Numbered from the whole stretch's first letter, positions 1 to 12,079 are shown. The stretch: DNA of 63,539 bases, filler included, from Mycoplasmatota bacterium (GCA_012727915.1; 7 parts of 7 records of this genome joined end to end with filler, not necessarily neighbours in it); one strand, 5' to 3'. A program made the numbers and translations. The notes: a model not told the origin generated them from the letters alone.

Positions 1-507
1 ATATCCATTTTCAACATATTTTGATTCATTTACTACAATGAATGCACTACTATCATATTCTTTAATTAAATTCCTTAAATTCTTTTCTTTTGATTTATTT
101 ATACTTATATTTAACATTCTTCCATCTTTGGTGCCACTTATTCCTTTATATTCTAAAACAGTAACACCAAATCCATGTTTTCTTATTTCATTTACTAAAA
201 CATCTTCAAGATTGTGAGTAAATACTTGAACCATTACTTTACCAATAATATATTTTTTTGCTAAAGATGTTCCAACATAAGTACCTACAGCAAAACCTCC
301 TGCATAAGAAGCCGCAACATAAATACCTGAAGTAGCCAAAGTTAAAGCTTCCTTTACTATTAAAAACCAAATTAAAGCCTCAACAAAACCAATAAAAGCC
401 GCTACTAATCTTCTTTCTTTTACTATCAACATAGTTCTAACAGTTCCTAAAGAAACATCTAATATTCTTGCAAAAAATATCTTAAGGCATATTAATAATA
501 TGTCCAT
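1..507 (-). CDS. UPF0316 / DUF2179-DUF5698 family membrane protein (3' end runs off the window; not in ORF track)
   Basis: Manual translation from ATG at 507: MDILLICLKIFFARILDVSLGTVRTMLIVKERRLVAAFIGFVEALIWFLIV...YAGGFAVGTYVG...RKHGFGVTV...DSSAFIVV; open to base 1. Confidence 0.85.
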   Translation of the reverse strand, partial: MDILLICLKIFFARILDVSLGTVRTMLIVKERRLVAAFIGFVEALIWFLIVKEALTLATSGIYVAASYAGGFAVGTYVGTSLAKKYIIGKVMVQVFTHNLEDVLVNEIRKHGFGVTVLEYKGISGTKDGRMLNISINKSKEKNLRNLIKEYDSSAFIVVNESKYVENGY

Positions 508-518
508 TCCATCACATC

Positions 519-899
519 CTATTTATTATATTTTGTTTTCCATAATCCATGAATATTACAATATTCATATACATCCAAAGTATTAAAATCTTCATCTAAT
601 ACAAACTCAGCATGAGGTTGATCAGAAAATTTTAAATCTTTTCTTATTACCTTATTATTATATACTACAAATATCTTTGTTATATAGTGTGTTTCAGTCA
701 TAGGATGATCAACACTACCAACATGTACTATTACTTTATTTCCATCTACATTTACAACTGGAAGATGTTTTTCATTACCCTCATCTGTTGTCTTAGCTAC
801 CATCTCTTGCATAGGTTCTCCACAACAAACTAATTCTCCTCCACCATTTTCTAATAATTCAACTACATTTCCACATATATTACATTTATATACTTTCAT
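519..899 (-). CDS. dfx: Desulfoferrodoxin / superoxide reductase
   Basis: YKCNICGN...LVCCGEPM (centre I); EKHLP, HPMTETHYI, YCNIHGLW (centre II); RBS AGGAGG-like. Confidence 0.95.
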   Translation of the reverse strand: MKVYKCNICGNVVELLENGGGELVCCGEPMQEMVAKTTDEGNEKHLPVVNVDGNKVIVHVGSVDHPMTETHYITKIFVVYNNKVIRKDLKFSDQPHAEFVLDEDFNTLDVYEYCNIHGLWKTKYNK

Positions 900-1005
900 C
901 TTTTCCTCCTAATATATAAATTATACTATCAATAATAGAATGTATCAAGAAAGTTTGATATATTAAGTCAAAAATAGTATAATAAATTTAATAATGAGGG
1001 ATGAT

Positions 1006-1941
1006 ATGAAAAAAAGAAGATTAAAGAAAAAAGTTAAAATAATTGGAATTGGTATTATTTTATTAACTATTATTATTATAGTATTAATTAAATTATCTAT
1101 ATTATTTAATAGTTATGAATATAAACTAAAAAAAATTGGATATAACAAAGAAGAAACATCTATAATATTGAAATTAGATGAAGATAAAGTAGATGAAATA
1201 ATTACTTTAGAATTAAATAAAGATATTCCATTATTAATTGAAACAAAATATTTTATGTATAAAAATATGCATAATTATCTAGACTTTTATAATAAAAATT
1301 CATCATATAATTTAAGAGATGTAGTTGAAATAATTAACACTAATAGAAATAAAGATTATTATGTAGATATCAAAAGTTCTGATATAACCAAAGGTAATCT
1401 AACCTTAGTAAATAAATATTATGCATTAAATAAAGAATATGAACCAGTAGAATTAAAAAGTGTTAATCTACAATATGCATACGCTAATAACAAATTAATT
1501 AAAGAAGCTAATGACAAATATATAGAATTAGCAAAAGCTGCAAAAAAATTAAACTATAATTTAATTATTAATTCCTCATATAGAGATTTTGAATCCCAAG
1601 AAGATATTTATAAAGCAAAAGAAAAAACAATGGGAATTGAAAAAACAGATGAATTAGTTGCAAGACCAGGACATTCAGAACATCAACTAGGATATGCAAT
1701 AGATATTGATTTATACAAGACAGAATATGATAAGTTAGAAAACACTGATGAATATAAATGGTTATTAGAAAACGCACATAAATATGGATTTATCCTTAGA
1801 TATCCAAAAGCAAAAGAAAATATTACTGGATATTCATTTGAACCTTGGCATTATAGATATGTAGGAATTGAAGTTGCAGAATATATTTATAAAAACAAAA
1901 TAACATTTGATGAATATTATGCTTATTATATAGAAAAATAA
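1006..1941 (+). CDS. M15B (VanY/LdcB-type) D-alanyl-D-alanine or LD-carboxypeptidase, N-terminal membrane anchor
   Basis: LVNK, SSYR, ARPGHSEHQLGYAID, GFILRYP, FEPWHYRYVG; start moved to ATG 1006 after GAGG. Confidence 0.92.
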   Translation: MKKRRLKKKVKIIGIGIILLTIIIIVLIKLSILFNSYEYKLKKIGYNKEETSIILKLDEDKVDEIITLELNKDIPLLIETKYFMYKNMHNYLDFYNKNSSYNLRDVVEIINTNRNKDYYVDIKSSDITKGNLTLVNKYYALNKEYEPVELKSVNLQYAYANNKLIKEANDKYIELAKAAKKLNYNLIINSSYRDFESQEDIYKAKEKTMGIEKTDELVARPGHSEHQLGYAIDIDLYKTEYDKLENTDEYKWLLENAHKYGFILRYPKAKENITGYSFEPWHYRYVGIEVAEYIYKNKITFDEYYAYYIEK

Positions 1942-1953
1942 AGGATTAAACCT

Positions 1954-3681
1954 TTATTTTTTTGATATTTCAGTTTCGTAAAGATCTCTATATTTTTTAT
2001 TTATTTTAATTAATTTTTTATGGGTTCCTTCTGCTTCTATTTTTCCATTTTCTAGATATAATATTCTGTCAGAATTAACTATTGTAGATAAACGATGCGC
2101 TATAATTAATATAGTATATTTATTTTTCATATTATTAATTGCTCTTTGTATTTTTTCTTGTGTTTCATTATCCAAAGCACTTGTAGCTTCATCAAATAAT
2201 ATTATTTCAGTATTTTGGATTAATGCTCTAGCAATTGCAAGTCTTTGTTTTTGTCCTCCAGATAAATTAACTCCACCTTCACCAATTATTGAATCGTATC
2301 TATCTGAAAGAGTATTGATGAAATCATCTAAGCACGCTAAATGACAAGCTTTTTCTATTTCTTCATCTGTTACATTTGACTTAACTAATTTTAAATTATC
2401 TTTGATACTCATATTGAATATATATGGATCTTGACTTATTATTGTAATATTTCCTCTTATTGAGTCTCTATCTAATTCTTTTATATCAATTCCATCAATA
2501 GTAATAATTCCAGAATTTACTTCATACATTTTGCATAATAAATTAAATATAGTTGTTTTTCCAGAACCACTTTTTCCTACAAAAGCAATAGTTTCGTTTG
2601 CCTTAATTTTAAAATTAATTTTATCAAGTATCATCTTTTCATTATATCCAAAAGTAACATCATTAAATTCAAAATTACCTTTTACCTTATCTATATGAAG
2701 ACTCCCAAAAGACTCTTTTTTAAATTCATCACTATTTACAATTTTACTTATTCTATCACTAGATAAATTAAAACTTTTAATATTACTTAATAAATCTCCT
2801 ATTAAGTATACTGACCCTCTTATATCATTCGAATAATTATATAAAACAAGTGCTATAGTACTAATTATTACGCCATTCTTAATTAATAATACTAATAAAA
2901 TAATTAATATTAATACAAACAAATCATTTAAATGCCATAATATTAAACCTGACGTTCTAAATGTCTTTTCCATTTTAAAACTTTTATAATTTGCATCATC
3001 AATTTTATTCCCCAATTCATTTAAAAAATCTTTTTCACAATTTAACATTTTAATATCTCTTGAACCTCTAATAAGTTCACTTATAAAACCAGATACTTTT
3101 TCAAGTGATTTTCTATATACCTTATCGTCCTCATCATATTTAGTTGTTCTCATTTTTTCAATTAAATATAATAATACTAACATTAAAAATATATAGACAA
3201 AAACAATTTTATTTATTATGAAAATTGCTATCAATATTCCTATATAATTAATTATTCTAGTAGCTATACCAAATATAGAATTAAACACATTCGCTAATTT
3301 ATTAGTATCACTGGTCATTCTTTGTATAAAAACTCCACTTCCATTTTTTTCTAAACAATCATTCTCTAGTTCCATTATGTTTTTCCCTAAATCAATTTCT
3401 AATTCTGACATAGTATTTCTATAAACTCTTAAAGAGCATCTTCTTGCAACATAATGAGTAGTATTATAAATAAAATTAATAACAAATATTAAAGCTGCTA
3501 TCAATATAATTCTTTCATAATTATTTTTAGTTAATTCTATAACAACATTAGCACTCAATATAGGTAAAATTACACTAAAAACTATACTAAATAAATTAAG
3601 AAAAATATATATATAGATATATTTCTTTTCTTTTTTTGAGTATTTCCAAACAAATTTTAAATTCATTAATAATTCTTTCAT
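1954..3681 (-). CDS. ABC exporter, fused permease + ATPase
   Basis: N-terminal TM domain; GKSGSGKT, LSGGQKQR, ILFDEATSALD, IAHRL. Confidence 0.95.
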   Translation of the reverse strand: MKELLMNLKFVWKYSKKEKKYIYIYIFLNLFSIVFSVILPILSANVVIELTKNNYERIILIAALIFVINFIYNTTHYVARRCSLRVYRNTMSELEIDLGKNIMELENDCLEKNGSGVFIQRMTSDTNKLANVFNSIFGIATRIINYIGILIAIFIINKIVFVYIFLMLVLLYLIEKMRTTKYDEDDKVYRKSLEKVSGFISELIRGSRDIKMLNCEKDFLNELGNKIDDANYKSFKMEKTFRTSGLILWHLNDLFVLILIILLVLLIKNGVIISTIALVLYNYSNDIRGSVYLIGDLLSNIKSFNLSSDRISKIVNSDEFKKESFGSLHIDKVKGNFEFNDVTFGYNEKMILDKINFKIKANETIAFVGKSGSGKTTIFNLLCKMYEVNSGIITIDGIDIKELDRDSIRGNITIISQDPYIFNMSIKDNLKLVKSNVTDEEIEKACHLACLDDFINTLSDRYDSIIGEGGVNLSGGQKQRLAIARALIQNTEIILFDEATSALDNETQEKIQRAINNMKNKYTILIIAHRLSTIVNSDRILYLENGKIEAEGTHKKLIKINKKYRDLYETEISKK

Positions 3682-3756
3682 AACATCACATCCTTATATA
3701 TTATATCAAACTAATTATAAACTATAAAAAAACTTAGAGAATCTATGTTTTTATGA

Positions 3757-4650
3757 TTACTTAATAGATGCAATTTGAATTAAATATTTATCTGTTGGCC
3801 CCATAACTCTATATTTACCACCATCATTTTCAAATACTCTACCAGTTTCAGATAAAATCTTAATCTCTCCATAAGCATTATCTAATACTATAATATTATC
3901 TTCAGATATTTGACTCGAATTCTTAACATCAGTAGTAAATCCAAGAACAGTTACAAAATGACGATCTACATTTTTAGCGGAAACTTGAAGTACCATTGGA
4001 TGTCCATTTTGAATACCATTAAATAATCCAGCTTTTACGACTTCTATATCTTCTGACATAATATTGTGATGGAAATATACCGCAGGTGAATCATTAGGAT
4101 TACTAAATTCTGATTGTGTTCTTACTTTCCCCTTAGTCAAATCCGTTGCATACATTTGAGATATTAACAAACATTGACTACCTTGTCCATTACCTCCACC
4201 TTCATATAAACCTATTTTTTTTACCATATTTTCATATTCAAATATGTTTATAGGAGTGTTAATTATATAAAATTCTTTCCCTTTATAATTTGCAACAAAT
4301 AACTTTTCAGTGCTATAAAGATAACCAAAATTACCTGGAAGTTTTTCTAATATATAATTCTTTGATTCTGTAGACATTACTCCAGCATGAGTTGCTTCTT
4401 CATATGTAACTCTTACTTCATGTAATGCATCAATATTTTCTTGAATTTTTAATATAGTATCATTATATTCTTTTTTAATATCTTCCTTAGGTTTTAAAGT
4501 TCTAGTAGATCTTTTACCATCTCAGTTATTATCTATATTATCCATACTAGTATTAATATCATCAATTACTTTTGAAAATTGTTCTTTTAATTTAATAAGT
4601 TCATTCTCTACACTAATCATTTTATTAAAATCAACACTTACTTTATTCAT
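3757..4650 (-). pseudogene. WXG100-domain + C39/papain-like cysteine peptidase fusion interrupted by in-frame TGA at codon 43
   Basis: AGAGGTG RBS then ATG at 4650; MNKVSVDFNKM...IDNN*DGKRS...TYEEA continues in frame into ORF 3757..4377, which has SQCLL, RHFVTVLG, VLDNAYG. Confidence 0.7.
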
Positions 4651-4800
4651 AAACACCTCTTTATTATTATGGTTAATATTATACCATAAATTGAATTTTA
4701 TTTAAATAAATGTAAATATTAATATAATAATTTGACAATATCAAAGAAATTGATTAAACTTTGATTAAGAGTAAGTATATAAAATATATACTAAAGGGAA

Positions 4801-5527
4801 ATGATTATTATGTTAAATGAAAATAATGTAACGGGTTTAGATTTTGAAACAGCTAGAAATAATATTTATAATCTCTTTGAAAACGTAAAATTATGTGAAA
4901 AACGTTTAAACACTGTTTTTTATTATCTTTTTGAAAAATTATCTATTTCTTGGGCATCAGAAAAAGCAGTAAATTTTTACAATACTTTTTCTAATATAAT
5001 AGAAATGTTTAACTCTATTTACTATGAAGAATTTCTCACTGTTTATAATAACACTAAAAATTCATATAATATTGTTGCATTAGCAAACGGAGCACCTACA
5101 ATAGAAAATAACAATTATTATTTTGATAAAATTTTTAATTTAAAAGTAAAAGAATTACAATCAAATATTAATGGAATTATTGGAATGAATATTTCTTATA
5201 TAGAAACACTTGTATTACCTGAATTTAAATTAGAAATTAAAAAAGCAATTTCTACAGTAGAAAACATTCAAACTGAATTAAAGTTATTTGATATTGAAAA
5301 CAATCAAAAACAAGCCTATATTATTAGCCTTACAAAAGCAAAAAACAAAATTATTTGATAGTGAAAACTCACAAAAAGAAGCTTTTTCATCTAGTATACA
5401 AGATTTTATTAATGAATTAAGAATGTTTATAGATGAAATTAAAAAAGAAATTATTAATGCTTGTGAAACTGAACTAGATCAAATTACTTTAGCAAAACAA
5501 CAAGCTACAGATACTATGAATGGTTAA
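4801..5527 (+). pseudogene. Helical WXG100-like (WAS motif) protein split by a 67-bp diverged duplication and frameshift
   Basis: ORFs 4801..5358 and 5288..5527 overlap; LSISWASEKA at the WXG-like position; LFDIENNQKQAY repeated as LFDSENSQKEAF in another frame. Confidence 0.5.
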
Positions 5528-5543
5528 TAATATATATAATAAT

Positions 5544-5570
5544 AAAGACTACAATAATATGTAGTCTTTT
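5544..5570. terminator. Bidirectional intrinsic terminator
   Basis: AAAGACTACA-ATAATA-TGTAGTCTTT between convergent gene and tRNA. Confidence 0.75.
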
Positions 5571-5580
5571 AATTTTAAAA

Positions 5581-5657
<77 letters not shown>

Positions 5658-5701
5658 ACAATTAGAATTATACACTAAATTTTGTTAGTGTTCAACAACT
5701 T

Positions 5702-6997
<1,296 letters not shown>

Positions 6998-7002
6998 TTA
7001 AA

Positions 7003-7284
7003 TTATCTTGCTTCGTTAATACTTACTTGAGTCTTAGTTCTACCTAATCTCTCAAATTTAACATATCCAGGTATCTTTGCATATAAAGTATCATCTTTAC
7101 CTATACCTACATTAGTACCAGCATGAACCTTAGTTCCTCTTTGACGATATAATATAGAACCACCTGTTACATATTCTCCATCAGAAGCTTTAGAACCTAA
7201 ACGTTTAGATTCTGAATCTCTACCATTTGTTGTAGAACCTTGTCCTTTTTTATGTGCAAATAATTGAATATTAAACTTCAACAT
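7003..7284 (-). CDS. rpmA: 50S ribosomal protein L27 with cleavable N-terminal extension
   Basis: [24 protein letters not shown]...RQRGTK. Confidence 0.98.
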   Translation of the reverse strand: MLKFNIQLFAHKKGQGSTTNGRDSESKRLGSKASDGEYVTGGSILYRQRGTKVHAGTNVGIGKDDTLYAKIPGYVKFERLGRTKTQVSINEAR

Positions 7285-7287
7285 ATC

Positions 7288-7581
7288 TTATCCCTCCCTA
7301 ATTATTTTAATATATTCTTTATAATCTTTTTCTAATTCTTTTAACATATTTATCATATTATTTAATAATTTAACTACTATTTCAGTTTCTTTTGCTATTC
7401 TTATTTTTAATTCATCAGATTCTGTAACTCTTATTGCATACTCATCAAAAGATAATATAGCATTTACAGTAGTTAATACTGTACTACTTACAGCTGCACA
7501 AACAATATCCTTACCTTTTTCTTCATATCCAGCATGACCAGATATTACTATTTCATTCTTTTTAATAATAACTTTAATCAT
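7288..7581 (-). CDS. prp: Ribosomal-processing cysteine protease Prp (YsxB)
   Basis: SGHAGY...DIVCAAVSS; lies between rplU and rpmA. Confidence 0.95.
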   Translation of the reverse strand: MIKVIIKKNEIVISGHAGYEEKGKDIVCAAVSSTVLTTVNAILSFDEYAIRVTESDELKIRIAKETEIVVKLLNNMINMLKELEKDYKEYIKIIREG

Positions 7582-7883
7582 TATTTTGACTCAATCTTTA
7601 ATATTTTTACCTTAGAATATGGTTGTCTATGTCCTTGTTTTTTATAGATGTTTTTCTTTTGTCTATAGTGTACAACATCTATTTTCTTTTGTTTTCCATG
7701 TTTAACAACTTCTCCAATTACTTTAACATTTTCAACATAAGGATTACCAAATATTCCATCTACCATTACTATCTTATCAAACACTACTTCTTTAGTAGGT
7801 TCTACATCTAATAGTTCTACATATAGTTCTGTTCCTTCTTCTACAGAATATTGTTTTCCGCCTGTTTCAATAATTGCTTTCAT
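7581..7883 (-). CDS. rplU: 50S ribosomal protein L21
   Basis: MKAIIETGGKQY...KKQGHRQPYSKVKI; start at ATG 7883 after AAGGAGG. Confidence 0.97.
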   Translation of the reverse strand: MKAIIETGGKQYSVEEGTELYVELLDVEPTKEVVFDKIVMVDGIFGNPYVENVKVIGEVVKHGKQKKIDVVHYRQKKNIYKKQGHRQPYSKVKILKIESK

Positions 7884-7898
7884 TTTTACCTCCTTATT

Positions 7899-7966
7899 TC
7901 TCAGACTCACCTTTGAGGTGCTACGCTTATAACCTCTTTAGAGTGGTTGTAGACCGAGGTCTAACA
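7899..7966 (-). ncRNA. L21 leader (ribosomal protein autoregulatory RNA)
   Basis: GC-richer 5' UTR ...CTACAACCACTCTAAAGAGGTT...CACCTCAAAGGTGAGTCTGA just upstream of the rplU RBS, resembling the Bacillota L21 leader. Confidence 0.7.
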
Positions 7967-7975
7967 AACGTATAG

Positions 7976-8004
7976 ATTTTATCATAAAATATAAGTTAAG
8001 TCAA
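7976..8004 (-). promoter_or_regulatory. SigA promoter of the rplU operon
   Basis: TTGACT-17 bp-TAAAAT with TG extended -10. Confidence 0.7.
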
Positions 8005-8025
8005 TTAAAAAAGACATTTCTGTCT

Positions 8026-8220
8026 TTATTTATTACTTTGAGGCAATTTCTTTATAATTCTTGAAGTTTCGCTTTCAGGCAAAAGATAATCTTCTCTTTC
8101 TAATATAGATTTATTTGTTTTTACATTATTATTTTTTCTATCAATTATACCATAATTATTTGAAGTTCCAATTAGCAATAAAGCTGTTAATATAGATAAA
8201 GTTCTATTCTTATTTTTCAT
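8026..8220 (-). CDS. Small hypothetical protein with N-terminal hydrophobic stretch
   Basis: 64-aa ORF with GGGGGAG RBS. Confidence 0.5.
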   Translation of the reverse strand: MKNKNRTLSILTALLLIGTSNNYGIIDRKNNNVKTNKSILEREDYLLPESETSRIIKKLPQSNK

Positions 8221-8283
8221 ATTATATTTCTCCCCCTTCTATAAAATGACTGAATATATATTTTACTCACTTTTATTTGTTTG

Positions 8284-8955
8284 TCAAATTATATTTTTTT
8301 CATAAAAACTGAAATAATTGTTATTGCCTATTATTAAATGATCTAATATAGGTATTTTTTGAATATTTCCAATATCAATAAGATTGTTTGTTAAAGAAAT
8401 ATCAATATCACTTGGAGTAACATCTCCTGTTGGATGATTGTGAACACACACTATATATGAAGCTGAATATAAATACGCATATTTAAATATTTCTCTTGGA
8501 TGAACAGTACTCATATTAACTGTTCCAATAAATAAATGTTTTATTCCCAATACATTCTTTTTTGTATCTAAATATAAAGCATAGAAATGTTCTTGATTAT
8601 TATCTTTAATAATATTTTTAAATAAATTATATATATCTTCCCCATTTTTTATCTTTTCTTTATCTTCCAAAGTGTTCAAATAAACTCTTCTTCCAAGTTC
8701 TAAAGAAGATATTATTTCAATAGCTTTTACTTTTCCTACTCCTTTTACTTTTGTTAACATATTAATATCTAAATTCTTTAAATCATTAATGTTTTCAAAT
8801 AATTTTAATATATTTTTTGATAAATCCTTAACTGATTCTCCTTTAGTACCCGTTCTTATTATTATAGAAATTAATTCTTCATTTGATAAAGAATTAACCC
8901 CATATTTAATCAATCTTTCTCTTGGTCTTTCTTCCTTATGCATATCTTTTATCAT
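8284..8955 (-). CDS. radC: RadC/UPF0758 JAB-domain protein
   Basis: ERPRERL, HhH GVGKVKA, VHPREIF, HNHPTGDVTPSDID, LDHLII. Confidence 0.95.
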   Translation of the reverse strand: MIKDMHKEERPRERLIKYGVNSLSNEELISIIIRTGTKGESVKDLSKNILKLFENINDLKNLDINMLTKVKGVGKVKAIEIISSLELGRRVYLNTLEDKEKIKNGEDIYNLFKNIIKDNNQEHFYALYLDTKKNVLGIKHLFIGTVNMSTVHPREIFKYAYLYSASYIVCVHNHPTGDVTPSDIDISLTNNLIDIGNIQKIPILDHLIIGNNNYFSFYEKNII

Positions 8956-9059
8956 ATTATCACCAATATAATATTCTATATATAAAAAATAACTCTTTCG
9001 AGTTATCTTGTTTTTAAATTTTTTCTTTAATAAATTGATAATGAAACAACATAGTAAAT

Positions 9060-10187
9060 TTAATTTTTCTTATTTAGTATCAACATGAATACTGATCCAA
9101 ATCCAAATATAATTACAAACATATTAATTAAAGGTAATAAACATAATAAATTAACTATCGTAATTCCAATAAGTCCCAATAAATATTGATTAATCTTTTT
9201 AATTTTAAATTGTTCTTTAATAAATTGACCAATCAAATAACCTGAAATTATAAACGAATAATACATAATAATAAAATATAATGCAAATGTAGTAAATACA
9301 AAAGCAGATACAAATGGTAATACTAATAAAAGTAATAATACAATTGGTATTAATATTACCAAACCTAATCCAATACCCATATTTTTTAAATAATCTATAG
9401 AATTATTATAAAGCTTTTTAAATTTTTCTATAAAATTTGGAAATATTAACAAAGTAATTGCAAACATAATAAACATTCCTATTACTTTATAAACAAACAT
9501 TAATAATCCAGTAGATTTCTTATCATTATTACCCACAAATTCTCCATGATATACTTCTATATCAAATTGATCTTTATTCTTTATGCTTACACTAGCATTA
9601 TCATTATATTTTAATTTTCCAACAATATTTACATTATCTTCAATAGTAATATTATTAGCACCTATTTTAATATTTCCCCCTATTGTAGTACCACTTTTAA
9701 TTATTACTCTAGAAGCTCCTATAAGAGCATCTCTAACAATATTTCCTTCTATAGTAGCAGTATTTGCAAACATAAATAAATCTCTATTTATTACAGTATC
9801 TTTTGATATTTTAACAACATCAGTTGCTAAGAACAAATCTCTAGATACAATACTATTTAAACTTATATTTTGAGATAATAATATTCCATAATCCAAATTT
9901 CCTTCTATAACCATTTTCTTTGCAATAAGCATACCTATGCCATCTATATTGTTATTTAACATTATATCTTGTCCAATATATAATCCACTTCCATTTACTT
10001 CTTTTTCTATACTATATTTATCTTGAATTTTATATTCAAAACTATCCGTTAAATCAGCTGAAACAGTAACTGCTTCTTCAGTTACTTCCTCATTAGAATA
10101 TAATGTAGCATCTAATACTTCTTCAGCATTAACTCCTAATAATGATATTGAAAAAATTGCAACAAATAAAATTAATATTTTTTTCAT
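9060..10187 (-). CDS. Secreted beta-helix (bactofilin/polymer-forming-like) domain plus C-terminal multi-TM domain
   Basis: Signal peptide; repeats INRDLF, IEGNIVRDAL, IGGNI, IVGKLKY; ~5 C-terminal TM helices. Confidence 0.65.
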   Translation of the reverse strand: MKKILILFVAIFSISLLGVNAEEVLDATLYSNEEVTEEAVTVSADLTDSFEYKIQDKYSIEKEVNGSGLYIGQDIMLNNNIDGIGMLIAKKMVIEGNLDYGILLSQNISLNSIVSRDLFLATDVVKISKDTVINRDLFMFANTATIEGNIVRDALIGASRVIIKSGTTIGGNIKIGANNITIEDNVNIVGKLKYNDNASVSIKNKDQFDIEVYHGEFVGNNDKKSTGLLMFVYKVIGMFIMFAITLLIFPNFIEKFKKLYNNSIDYLKNMGIGLGLVILIPIVLLLLLVLPFVSAFVFTTFALYFIIMYYSFIISGYLIGQFIKEQFKIKKINQYLLGLIGITIVNLLCLLPLINMFVIIFGFGSVFMLILNKKN

Positions 10188-10227
10188 ATTTATTCTCCTT
10201 ATAAATATATTTTATCATATTATTTAT

Positions 10228-11442
10228 CTAATATATTAAATTATCGTACATTACATTAATATCTACTGCGCCATTAATACCATCTATTCTTCCATCTTGA
10301 CATAATTGCCATACTGAATATTTACCTTGATAATTAGTTTTACTAGTATAATTAGCTAACCAAGTAGGATATTTTTCAATATTCCATATATTTTCTAAAT
10401 AATATTTACTACTATAATTCATACCTTTATATCCCTGTTTCTCCAATACTTCAATAAAACTAATTGCAATATCATTAATATCTCTTTGACTCAAATTTAA
10501 TTTTGAAAATGAAGACCAATCTTCAAAATCAAATGCAATCGGTAAAGATATTTTATAATCTTTAATTCTTTCTATTATCCATAATGCTTGTTCCTTAGCA
10601 ATATCTTTACTTGTAGCGTATGAATAAAAATATAATCCTACTGGTATTCCTACCCTATTTGCTTCTTTAATATTTCTTTCGAATTTACTATCTAATACAT
10701 AATCTATTTTAAAGCCTCTTTGAAAACCAATTCTTATAAATATGAACTCCACATTCTTTTCTTTTAATTTATCAAAATCAATTGTTCCTTGCCACTCCGA
10801 AACATCTAAACCAATCATTGTAGAATCATTTTTATGTTTTTTTACAATATCATCATAAAAAGTTTTAGTAGTAATTGATTTTATAGGTGTTTTTTTACTA
10901 ATAATATTCAAAGTAAAGTCTTTAGTATTTTCATTTCCCGATTCATCAGTTATTTTAAAAGTTAAATTATACTTACCAATCTTATCCAAATTATAATTAC
11001 CAATAATTTCTCTTTTAGGAGAGCTTGTATAATTATCAAAAGATAATACTATATATTCTATTTCTAATTTACTTCCCTTTAATATATAATAATTACTTCC
11101 ACCCAATATAGTAGGCTTAATATCATCCACTATATTAATACTTGCAAATGCTTTTTTCTTAACATTTTCTCGATCTAAATAAAACACTTCAATTAACTTT
11201 TCTCCTATTATATTAGTATCTATTACTCTATTATTTAATATAGTACCTTCATTAATAGAAATAATATCAGATATTTTATATTCATCAAATACATTTAACT
11301 TATTATTAATAATAACTACATCATTATTATCAATTTCTATAACTTCATTTGTTTTGTTTTTAGAATATATTAAAAAATATAGTATTACAAATAATATTAA
11401 TATAATAAATATAATTATTATTCTTATAACATTTTTTTTCAT
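10228..11442 (-). CDS. Membrane-anchored GH25 lysozyme/muramidase with Ig-like spacer
   Basis: GLDVSEWQG, FIRIG, GLYFYSYA, AFDFE, WLANY, WQ...GINGAVDIN; start ATG 11442 after GAGG. Confidence 0.92.
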   Translation of the reverse strand: MKKNVIRIIIIFIILILFVILYFLIYSKNKTNEVIEIDNNDVVIINNKLNVFDEYKISDIISINEGTILNNRVIDTNIIGEKLIEVFYLDRENVKKKAFASINIVDDIKPTILGGSNYYILKGSKLEIEYIVLSFDNYTSSPKREIIGNYNLDKIGKYNLTFKITDESGNENTKDFTLNIISKKTPIKSITTKTFYDDIVKKHKNDSTMIGLDVSEWQGTIDFDKLKEKNVEFIFIRIGFQRGFKIDYVLDSKFERNIKEANRVGIPVGLYFYSYATSKDIAKEQALWIIERIKDYKISLPIAFDFEDWSSFSKLNLSQRDINDIAISFIEVLEKQGYKGMNYSSKYYLENIWNIEKYPTWLANYTSKTNYQGKYSVWQLCQDGRIDGINGAVDINVMYDNLIY

Positions 11443-11529
11443 ATTACCTCTTAATTCATTATAACATTTACATGACAAATATATAATTTAATATACTATA
11501 TATTTTTATAAACAAAGGAAAAAATATTT

Positions 11530-12030
11530 ATGGAGTTTACTGTAAAAGAAACGGAACTATTTGATGAGATGTTGATAAAAATTGAAAACAAATCAGAAAT
11601 ACTTGAAGAAAAAGTAAAAAAACATACATTAAATATAATAAATGGTTTATTAAAAAAAGATATGGAACTAGAAAATAATCTTCCTGATAATAATGATGAT
11701 GTTTTGTGTATATCAACTAGTCTTATATTAAATCAAGAAACCATTGAAATAGAAAAGGCAAATAGTTTTCAAATTTTTAAGTCCAAATTACATATAGATG
11801 AAGATCTTGTTGATGATTTTTCAACAGAAACAGAAACAAAAATAACAAGAGCAACATATAAAATTAATCTTATCTTTTTAGAAGAATTAAAAGATGAAAT
11901 AAATATACTATTAAAATATGGAGGAATTAATCATTATGATGGGTCATCAGATAGTGAAAACGATTATATTAGATATGACTTTTCAAAACCAAGTGAAGAT
12001 AATATAAAGGCATATAGATTAAACTTATAA
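11530..12030 (+). CDS. Hypothetical acidic protein (paralogue of next gene)
   Basis: 166-aa ORF, AAGGA RBS. Confidence 0.7.
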   Translation: MEFTVKETELFDEMLIKIENKSEILEEKVKKHTLNIINGLLKKDMELENNLPDNNDDVLCISTSLILNQETIEIEKANSFQIFKSKLHIDEDLVDDFSTETETKITRATYKINLIFLEELKDEINILLKYGGINHYDGSSDSENDYIRYDFSKPSEDNIKAYRLNL

Positions 12031-12079
12031 CCGGAAAATTATTAAATAAAAATTAAGATAAATATAGGGGGTATTTTAA

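Noticed and set aside
4522..4524. Genome-wide genetic code 4 (TGA=Trp)
   Set aside because: Long Trp-rich genes such as the photolyase and adhesin are intact under code 11 using TGG, and TGA ends rel and radC at expected positions
10228..11442. GH25 as phage endolysin
   Set aside because: Has TM anchor and Ig-like spacer; no holin or phage neighbours
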